Virus record (IMG/VR): IMGVR_UViG_3300021956_000001
Reading direction: 5' to 3' (one strand)
DNA: 64,000 bases
Source: a virus
Of the stretch, positions 50,275-57,115 are shown piece by piece. Under the pieces are notes generated by a model that was not told where the DNA came from, did not search any database, and saw only the letters and a program-made list of their open reading frames with translations. Within the stretch, counting starts at the first letter, position 1, and the number at the start of each line of letters is the position of its first letter. The translations under genes and the position numbers were made by a program.

Positions 50275-50991
50275 TTAATTTGTAAAGATTTGTTTTTGTA
50301 TCATTCGCTTCACCACTTTGGCTGTAGCACTTTCTAATGCTTTCTTTGTTGATGTACCTATACTAGATTGATTAAACTTCACCTCATCAACATTATCATT
50401 ATTCATAAGTGTAAGTTCTCTAGTTGTAATAGATTTACCTAGTCCAGATCCAGTCATATAAGTTCCAGATTGTGCATCCACCATCTTAACTTGTAGTCCT
50501 AGTCTAGTTACTAGTTTATTCTTTACACCATCTTTAAGATTGATTGTTTCATCTTCTGAAATAGAGAAGTCATAAACCTCGATATAACAGAAGTATTTAG
50601 CCAATACAATGTTTCCTTTCAGTTCTATCTTTTCTGTTGATATACCCTTCTGAGATGCTTTATATTGAGTAATCATTCTTTGTTTAATATCATTCTTAGT
50701 CTCAACGAATTCAAATCTGAATGTTTCTTCTAAGTATGCTACAACAATATTAGTAAGACCAAGTCCTATTCTATAATCTCCAAGTTCTGGATACTGTTCA
50801 ATCACTTCTTTAGACACACCAATGTCAAGAAGTGCTACAGGAATAGGTTTGCCATTATATTCAGGTAGAGTGTAAACAGATTCTTTTCCTTCAAATCCTG
50901 CTTGATAATCTTCAGTGACAGTTTTACCAATCACTTGGCCACAAGCAATACTTGTTACTAAGAATAATAGACTACCAAGGCTCTTCTTCAT
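50275..50991 (-). CDS. CsgG-like lipoprotein
   Basis: MKKSLGSLLFLVTSIAC lipobox-like; blocks GLGLTNIVVAYLEETFRFEFVE, YIEVYDFSI, LGLQVKMVDAQSGT, ALESATAKVV parallel CsgG blocks (by eye). Confidence 0.45.
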   Translation of the reverse strand: MKKSLGSLLFLVTSIACGQVIGKTVTEDYQAGFEGKESVYTLPEYNGKPIPVALLDIGVSKEVIEQYPELGDYRIGLGLTNIVVAYLEETFRFEFVETKNDIKQRMITQYKASQKGISTEKIELKGNIVLAKYFCYIEVYDFSISEDETINLKDGVKNKLVTRLGLQVKMVDAQSGTYMTGSGLGKSITTRELTLMNNDNVDEVKFNQSSIGTSTKKALESATAKVVKRMIQKQIFTN

Positions 50992-51265
50992 TTTTCTTTT
51001 TTTCTGGTGCTGGTTGAGTAGCTGGTGCAGCTTTTTCTTTAATGATTACAGTTTTACCTGGAGCAGCTTGTTGTTGCTTTTGTTGGTTAGTGTTTGTAAT
51101 ATTAATTACTGGAGCAGGTGCAGGAGCTGCAACTTCTTGCTTAGCTTCTTCTTTATCTTCACCATTTAACTTAGTTGTTACAAATCCACCTACAGCCACT
51201 GTAATTGTACTTGCCAATCCTATAAGGATGTTCTTGATTGAGTTTCCTCCTTGTTCTTCGCTCAT
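50972..51265 (-). CDS. TM protein with low-complexity A/P/Q/K tail (97 aa)
   Basis: ILIGLASTITVAVGGFVTT helix. Confidence 0.5.
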   Translation of the reverse strand: MSEEQGGNSIKNILIGLASTITVAVGGFVTTKLNGEDKEEAKQEVAAPAPAPVINITNTNQQKQQQAAPGKTVIIKEKAAPATQPAPEKKKNEEEPW

Positions 51266-51633
51266 AATAAATTAATTAAGGTTTTACCTATTTGTTGATT
51301 GTTTGAGTTATATAATTGAAGCTCGTATGAACTTCTTGGTAATGCTTTTGTATATACAGATAGTAAGTTATCTCCAGCTTTAGCATCTACTGATTCTGAA
51401 GAAACTGTCTTACCAGATAAGTCAACTATTTTAATTGTCACTTTATCTGCTGCTTCTAGTCTTACATTCATCTGTGCTTCTGCAGTAACAAAGTTTGAAG
51501 CAAGTTTAATACCAACAGTGCTAAGTCCTAACTCTGCAGGAACAGAAGATGAAGGAGCAACAATTGCATTATCAACCTCTGAACAAGAAAACATAAATGT
51601 AAACAATATAATTGGGATGAGTAATCTTTTCAT
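51262..51633 (-). CDS. small lipoprotein whose mature part resembles a T9SS type-A C-terminal sorting domain
   Basis: MKRLLIPIILFTFMFSC; KVTIKIVDLSGKTVSSESVDAKAGDNLLSVYTKALPRSSYELQLYNSNNQQIGKTLINL matches the beta-sandwich pattern of por_Secre_tail domains. Confidence 0.45.
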   Translation of the reverse strand: MKRLLIPIILFTFMFSCSEVDNAIVAPSSSVPAELGLSTVGIKLASNFVTAEAQMNVRLEAADKVTIKIVDLSGKTVSSESVDAKAGDNLLSVYTKALPRSSYELQLYNSNNQQIGKTLINLL

Positions 51634-53228
51634 TATTGTATATTTAAAATTACTTTGTTAGCTTTAGTATCTACAGCTTCTGCAAAGTAGGTGAATATTA
51701 ATCCTGATGTGTTGGTTAATTGTGCTTTTGGTGTAAATATAAGTTTGTAAGGAGTTCCTTGTTTAACTGTAGAAGCTCCTGTCTTATCTATTGATCCAAA
51801 TGTTATAATGTTCTCTTTATGTGTAGAGAAGTTTGAAATTGTATTTCCTGTATCAAATGTTACATTATCAAATGTAAGTTTGCTGTCATCATATCCTATT
51901 TGATATTCAGCTCCAGCTAAACCTGTAGCATTTAATCCTACTGTTACAACCACTTTACCATTAACTAATGCTGTATTAATTGATGTATCTGTAGTTGATG
52001 TTAATTGAGCTGATATACCAGATACAGAAAGTTGCTTACCAGCTGTATTAGTTGTACCAGAAACTGATAGTGGAGAGGAGTGAGAGAAATCAAGATCTCC
52101 TGCCCATGCATACGATAGATTATAGACTTCATTATCTGCTGTAGGTGTAATATTTGTTGGACCAGTTGGGTTAGCAAAGCTAGATGTAAATCCTGATAAG
52201 AACTTAGTAGGTTTAGTCATGTCTGTTGTAGGAAGTAATAATCCTTGTACACCAGAAAGATCTACACCCATCACTGTGGCAAATAAGTAATATGCATCTT
52301 GGCTATCAAAGTTTTGGTCCTGTGTAACATTAGCAATCCTATTCTCTAATATTGTAGAGAAGTATGGATCTGTATTATTAATACCTCTATCATTAATTGC
52401 TTTGAATGCCTTATATGCATCTGTAACAGTAATAATATTACTAGGGACATTTTGCCCCCATGCAGGATTTACCATTACTAGGTATTGTTTATTCTTCTCT
52501 ACTTTATCTGTTAGGAATTCTCCAGCACTATCTAATGGTCCTACAGCAACTGGTTGTGGATTAGTAGTCCAATCAACAACTCCTTGTGCATTTGTAGCCA
52601 TCACTTGTATAGCATGTTTTGTAATGTCATACCCAGCAGGAAATGCCACTTTAAACTTAACACTAGATACAAGTCTTGATACACTGTTTAAATTCAACCA
52701 TAGTACAGTAGATCCAACATTAGATACAGCTTGACCATTTCTTAATGTTGCATAAGCTGCGTGTAGTTTATGTATTTGTTGATATGATGTATTATCTTTA
52801 ATTGTATATCTCTGTGTAGCAATCACTCCTGATATAGGAGCATCTGTTCTTTGTACAGAAATTTGTGCAACATTCCAATCAGGATTTGGAGAATAACTCA
52901 TACCATATCTATATTGACCATAAAGATCTCCTACAGCAATCGTAGAATTATAATTGTAAGTATAGTTTGCCCAGTGAGTATAGAATGTTTGTGTAGAATT
53001 CCCTTGTAAGAATGTTGTAGAGTTTGGTACCAATTCCAAATGTTTATTTGAATAATGATATCTAAACCATAAATAGTTTACATCTAATCCTTGATTATTC
53101 ACTACATATTGTAATGTAATAACATCACCCACTTTATATGGACCTGGTTCTACCACTACTTGATCAATAATAACTTGACCAAAGGATAACATAGGTAGCA
53201 ATAATAACAACGCTAATAGCTTCTTCAT
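51633..53228 (-). CDS. 531-aa secreted protein (beta-rich; weak cohesin/Ig-like C-terminal region)
   Basis: Signal peptide MKKLLALLLLLPMLSFGQ; ..VVVTVGLNATGLAGAEYQIGYDDSKLTFDNV.. Confidence 0.6.
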   Translation of the reverse strand: MKKLLALLLLLPMLSFGQVIIDQVVVEPGPYKVGDVITLQYVVNNQGLDVNYLWFRYHYSNKHLELVPNSTTFLQGNSTQTFYTHWANYTYNYNSTIAVGDLYGQYRYGMSYSPNPDWNVAQISVQRTDAPISGVIATQRYTIKDNTSYQQIHKLHAAYATLRNGQAVSNVGSTVLWLNLNSVSRLVSSVKFKVAFPAGYDITKHAIQVMATNAQGVVDWTTNPQPVAVGPLDSAGEFLTDKVEKNKQYLVMVNPAWGQNVPSNIITVTDAYKAFKAINDRGINNTDPYFSTILENRIANVTQDQNFDSQDAYYLFATVMGVDLSGVQGLLLPTTDMTKPTKFLSGFTSSFANPTGPTNITPTADNEVYNLSYAWAGDLDFSHSSPLSVSGTTNTAGKQLSVSGISAQLTSTTDTSINTALVNGKVVVTVGLNATGLAGAEYQIGYDDSKLTFDNVTFDTGNTISNFSTHKENIITFGSIDKTGASTVKQGTPYKLIFTPKAQLTNTSGLIFTYFAEAVDTKANKVILNIQ

Positions 53229-53698
53229 AATTTTAATTTATCAATTAACTGCTCACACACTTTCTTTAGTGCTGAGGAAACGTTGGTTTGTGAAAATTTG
53301 CCTCCCTTATCAATAACTAATGTAGAGGCTGATATAGATTTAGCTTCACCTTTTATTACTACAGGCTTTGATGTTTTACCATCTGTAATCAATTTAGCCT
53401 GTGCAATAATCTGTGTCACTTCTTCTGTGCTACCATAAACTGCTAGTTGCATTGTGGTAGTCTTTACATCAAAATAGAGCATCTCTAATTCGAGCACTCT
53501 ATTTGAATTAGGAACCAAATCAAGGTTCTTCTCTTGCAACACTTCTGCAAGAATATTTTTTACTCCAAAGGCTAGGTCTCTATTACCAGCTAAAGGACCC
53601 ATCTCGATATTATTCTTGATGGATCCTATAGTGATATCTTGAGCAGTAGCCACTACACTCAAAAATAAAAAAAGACTACTCGCCAGTGTCTTCATCAT
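53225..53698 (-). CDS. secreted protein, short paralogue of the CsgG-like lipoprotein
   Basis: MMKTLASSLFLFLSVVATAQ; AFGVKNILAEVLQEKNLDLV, LEMLYFDV, AQAKLITDGKT, ALKKVCEQLIDKL parallel 50275..50991. Confidence 0.5.
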   Translation of the reverse strand: MMKTLASSLFLFLSVVATAQDITIGSIKNNIEMGPLAGNRDLAFGVKNILAEVLQEKNLDLVPNSNRVLELEMLYFDVKTTTMQLAVYGSTEEVTQIIAQAKLITDGKTSKPVVIKGEAKSISASTLVIDKGGKFSQTNVSSALKKVCEQLIDKLKL

Positions 53699-53927
53699 CT
53701 TTTTTAGAGTTGATAAATTTATCTACAGAACCAAATCCAAAGGCTCCAAGGCAAAGAAACAAGAATGCATTGAAAATGAATTCATTGATTACCAAGTCTT
53801 TACCATAGTATCCTGTTACGATATCAAATGATGCAAATACCACCATCACTAGAAATGCTAAAAATCCAATAACACTTTTTTCATTGATAGTGTTATCATC
53901 GTCAAACATTGTGAAAAACTTTTTCAT
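53676..53927 (-). CDS. two-TM small membrane protein (holin-like topology)
   Basis: VIGFLAFLVMVVFASFDIV and FIFNAFLFLCLGAFGFG, charged C-terminus. Confidence 0.5.
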   Translation of the reverse strand: MKKFFTMFDDDNTINEKSVIGFLAFLVMVVFASFDIVTGYYGKDLVINEFIFNAFLFLCLGAFGFGSVDKFINSKKDDEDTGE

Positions 53928-53930
53928 TTA

Positions 53931-54251
53931 TTATTTATTAAGGTTAGTATACAAGTTAGTAAAATATTGAACAACAAGAGCTGTAGCTACAATGATACCA
54001 ATGGTCCATGTAAATCTCTTTTTGAAATCTTCTTGTTGTTGAAGTTTATCTTCTAATATTTTTATTTTGTCTTTAAGGTCGTCTATGTCTTTAACAAAGC
54101 CACCGCTTTTGGTAAGGGCATTACCAAGAATAGCATCTACTACTTGTGTTAGTTTAGTGTCTATTGAAGTCATTTTTTCCTCTAGATCGTACAATCTTTG
54201 GTCCATGCTTTTTAATTCTTTTTCTACCTGTTGTTCAAAAGGTTGTGCCAT
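53931..54251 (-). CDS. coiled-coil protein with C-terminal TM anchor (106 aa)
   Basis: First gene of the minus-strand unit; WTIGIIVATALVVQYF. Confidence 0.55.
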   Translation of the reverse strand: MAQPFEQQVEKELKSMDQRLYDLEEKMTSIDTKLTQVVDAILGNALTKSGGFVKDIDDLKDKIKILEDKLQQQEDFKKRFTWTIGIIVATALVVQYFTNLYTNLNK

Positions 54252-54333
54252 GTTAATATTCCGTAAAAGTTAATGTAACGCAAAATGCCCAGCCTGTTCT
54301 GACTGGGTGTGTTGGTTATATATAATTGAACAA

Positions 54334-54341
54334 CAAATGTA
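54334..54341 (-). promoter_or_regulatory. Bacteroidota-type -7 box (minus strand TACATTTG)
   Basis: Plus-strand CAAATGTA in the divergent intergenic region, ~83 nt upstream of ATG 54251. Confidence 0.35.
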
Positions 54342-54417
54342 ATTTATTATATTATAAATATAAAGCCCTGAAAATAACTATTATGCATAATATAGCATAA
54401 CGTAAAAATATTTTTTA

Positions 54418-54425
54418 TATCTTTG
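54418..54425 (+). promoter_or_regulatory. Bacteroidota-type -7 box TATCTTTG
   Basis: 19 nt upstream of ATG 54444. Confidence 0.45.
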
Positions 54426-54443
54426 ATTTTTAAAACCAAGCTC

Positions 54444-56531
54444 ATGAAAATACTATATCTAGCACCTCATTTATCTACAGGAGGAATGCCAGCTTTTCTA
54501 TTGAAAACAATAGAGACACTTAAAGATGATGTTGAAATATGCGTTGTAGAATATGCATGTCATAGTCTTGATTATGTAGTACAACGTAATGCCATTATGG
54601 ATCTTGTTCCTGTATATACATTACATGAAGATAAGATGGAACTATTCAATGTAATAGAAGAATTCAAACCAGATGTAATTCATATACACGAACCATCAGA
54701 AAGATTGGATAGAAGGATGATTACTAAGCTATATGATAACAATAGGACCTATCGTATTGTAGAAACATGTCATGATGTATCATTCAATCCAGATGAAGAA
54801 AAAATATTTCATCCAGACTATTATGCATTCTGTACTCCTTACCATGTAGATACATTTGGTAAGATGCCATCTATGTATAGTGTTATAGAGTTTCCTATTG
54901 ATGATTATAGATTATCTGAAGAAGATGTATATGAAACTAAGATAGCTTTAGGTATGAATCTTAAAATGAAGCATGTTGTGAATGTTGGTCTTTGGACTCC
55001 TGGTAAGAATCAAGGTGAAATGTTAGAACTAGCTAGACAAATGCCAGATGTAGCATTTCATTTTGTAGGTAATCAAGCTGGAAACTTTGAACACTATTGG
55101 GGACCATTGATGAAAGCTGGAGTTCCAGATAATGTAAAGATATGGGGAGAAAGAAGTGATGCTGATAGATTTATAGATGCAGCAGATGTGTTTATGTTCA
55201 ACAGCACATGGGAATGTAATCCTTTGGTAATAAGAGAAGCTATATCTAAGGGTAAGAAGATCTTAGCTAGAAATCTTCCTCAGTACAAGAATATGTTCAC
55301 TAGATACATTACAAATCTAGATCCAAGAAAACTAAAGAATCAATTGTCAGATCTTCTTGAAGATAAAACAACTTATGATATTCTTAAGAATAACACAACA
55401 GCTAATTTTAGAAATAAATTAATGTCACTATATAGAGTGGTAACAGAATTTGATATTATGAAAAATGATGTAAAAGATTATAAGATTACGCAACACTTTG
55501 TAGGTCAACCATTTATAGAAATTACAGGAACAAGTGATAGTAATTTTACTATCGAATTCTATGATGAAACAGATAACTTATTCCATAGAGATGTAGTGAA
55601 GATTAATCACTGGGTAAAACTTAGTAGAGAATATTACACACAATGGACAACTAAAGTGTATAAAGATGATGAGCTAGTGTATACTAACTTATTAAACTAT
55701 GCAGATCAAAGAGTGTATATTGCTTTTGATAGTTCTTCATTAGGAGATAATATTGCTTGGATGCCTTATGTAGAAGAATTCAGAAAGAAGCATCATTGTA
55801 AAATGATTGTTTCTACATTCAAAAACTTCTTGTTTGAATCTCAGTACCCAGAGATTGAATTTGTTGAACCAGGATCCATAGTTACTAACTTGTATGGGAT
55901 GTATAAAATTGGTTGGTTCTATGATTATAACAAGGAACCTACATTACCAAACACTATACCATTACAAATGGCAGCTACAAATATTTTAGGTCTTGAGTAC
56001 ACAGAAATAAAACCTGAGATTATAGATCATAAAGATGATAGTGTTAGTGGATACATTACAATAGCTACTAATAGTACAGCAGGATGTAAGTTCTGGACTA
56101 GAGAGGGCTGGCAAGAAGTAATTAACTATTTACATGGAGAAGGCTGGTTAGTAATCAATACATCTAAAGAATCTAATCCTTTTGATAACTGTCAACCACT
56201 TCTTAATACAAGTATGGATAATACGATCACAGCTATATCTAATAGCAAGTTCTTCATTGGACTATCTAGTGGATTATCATGGTTAGCCTGGGCATTAGAA
56301 ACTCCTGTTATAATGATTTCTAACTTTACAGAAGAAGGTCATGAATTCAGTTGTCATAGAGTGACTAATACCAATGTATGTTATGGATGTTGGAATGATC
56401 CTAAATATAAGTTTGATAGAGGAGATTGGGATTGGTGTCCTGTACATAAGGGTACAGACAGACAATTTGAATGTCACAAAGAAATAACACCAGAGATGGT
56501 TATTACAGAAATAAAAAAGCTCCTTAATTAG
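54444..56531 (+). CDS. two-domain glycosyltransferase: N-terminal GT4 (GT-B) plus C-terminal GT9 heptosyltransferase-like domain
   Basis: Track start 54423 is TTG; ATG 54444 gives MKILYLAPHLSTGGMP (GT4 N-terminus), ECNPLVIREA (ExxxxxxxE). C-terminal RVYIAFDSSSLGDNIAWMPYV, ITIATNSTAGCKFWTREGW, FIGLSSGLSWLAWAL (GT9 blocks). Then a Cys-rich tail. Confidence 0.7.
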   Translation: MKILYLAPHLSTGGMPAFLLKTIETLKDDVEICVVEYACHSLDYVVQRNAIMDLVPVYTLHEDKMELFNVIEEFKPDVIHIHEPSERLDRRMITKLYDNNRTYRIVETCHDVSFNPDEEKIFHPDYYAFCTPYHVDTFGKMPSMYSVIEFPIDDYRLSEEDVYETKIALGMNLKMKHVVNVGLWTPGKNQGEMLELARQMPDVAFHFVGNQAGNFEHYWGPLMKAGVPDNVKIWGERSDADRFIDAADVFMFNSTWECNPLVIREAISKGKKILARNLPQYKNMFTRYITNLDPRKLKNQLSDLLEDKTTYDILKNNTTANFRNKLMSLYRVVTEFDIMKNDVKDYKITQHFVGQPFIEITGTSDSNFTIEFYDETDNLFHRDVVKINHWVKLSREYYTQWTTKVYKDDELVYTNLLNYADQRVYIAFDSSSLGDNIAWMPYVEEFRKKHHCKMIVSTFKNFLFESQYPEIEFVEPGSIVTNLYGMYKIGWFYDYNKEPTLPNTIPLQMAATNILGLEYTEIKPEIIDHKDDSVSGYITIATNSTAGCKFWTREGWQEVINYLHGEGWLVINTSKESNPFDNCQPLLNTSMDNTITAISNSKFFIGLSSGLSWLAWALETPVIMISNFTEEGHEFSCHRVTNTNVCYGCWNDPKYKFDRGDWDWCPVHKGTDRQFECHKEITPEMVITEIKKLLN

Positions 56532-56537
56532 GAGCTT
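56517..56537. terminator. bidirectional terminator
   Basis: AAAAAGCTCC-TTAATTA-GGAGCTTTTATTTT between convergent genes. Confidence 0.65.
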
Positions 56538-56542
56538 TTATT

Positions 56543-56731
56543 TTATGCGTTTGCTTTTACAACCTTATCCTTCATAGGACCTTCTGGTCTCTGATCTAGT
56601 GGTGTTGATATCACCTCAATAGCTTTAGCAATTGCAACAGCTTGTTGTAATGTAAATGCTCCTCTTAATTGAGCATCATTAGCAGCTTGGATCAATATAC
56701 CCAACGCATCATTTACAGTCATGTTTTCCAT
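56543..56731 (-). CDS. hypothetical helical protein (62 aa)
   Basis: ATG ORF, last gene of the fibre operon. Confidence 0.5.
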   Translation of the reverse strand: MENMTVNDALGILIQAANDAQLRGAFTLQQAVAIAKAIEVISTPLDQRPEGPMKDKVVKANA

Positions 56732-56773
56732 AATATTGTTGATTTATATTACAAAGATAATATTAATTTTTTA

Positions 56774-57115
56774 TTAAAAATTAATATTTGGAATATATCC
56801 TATTAAATCAAATAATGTTCTATAATCAACAGTTATTTCTACTTCATTTGGTATATTTTTATTTGATATCATTACTATACAATCATCAATTAATTCAACA
56901 TTTGTATTTGGATTATCAGAATGATTAGTATATCTTCCTAAATCATCTGTTTCATTCCAGGGTTCCTGCATTGTTTCTTTTTGCCAAAGATATCTTGACT
57001 CTTCACTTTGAGCCTCTTTAGTTACCCATTTACCAATAATAGTATCTATATTAATATTAGATGTAGATACTATTTTAATATTATTTAAATCAGATTTATC
57101 TATTTTATAATTCAT
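56774..57115 (-). CDS. minimal SET-domain protein (putative protein lysine methyltransferase), 113 aa
   Basis: LGRYTNHSDNPNT (cf. RFxNHSCxPN) and NEVEITVDYR (cf. GEELTxDY); size like chlorovirus vSET; TAATG-coupled to the upstream gene. Confidence 0.5.
   Translation of the reverse strand: MNYKIDKSDLNNIKIVSTSNINIDTIIGKWVTKEAQSEESRYLWQKETMQEPWNETDDLGRYTNHSDNPNTNVELIDDCIVMISNKNIPNEVEITVDYRTLFDLIGYIPNINF

Noticed and set aside
50256-50300. Programmed frameshift fusing the CsgG-like ORF to the 420-aa ORF
   Set aside because: The downstream frame begins with a complete signal-peptide sequence, which makes sense only as an independent N-terminus. No slippery heptamer is seen.
49672-52734. Plus-strand ORFs 49672..49980, 50915..51169, 51042..51275 and 52402..52734
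   Set aside because: They are antisense to low-complexity (K/E, A/P) or well-supported exported-protein genes.
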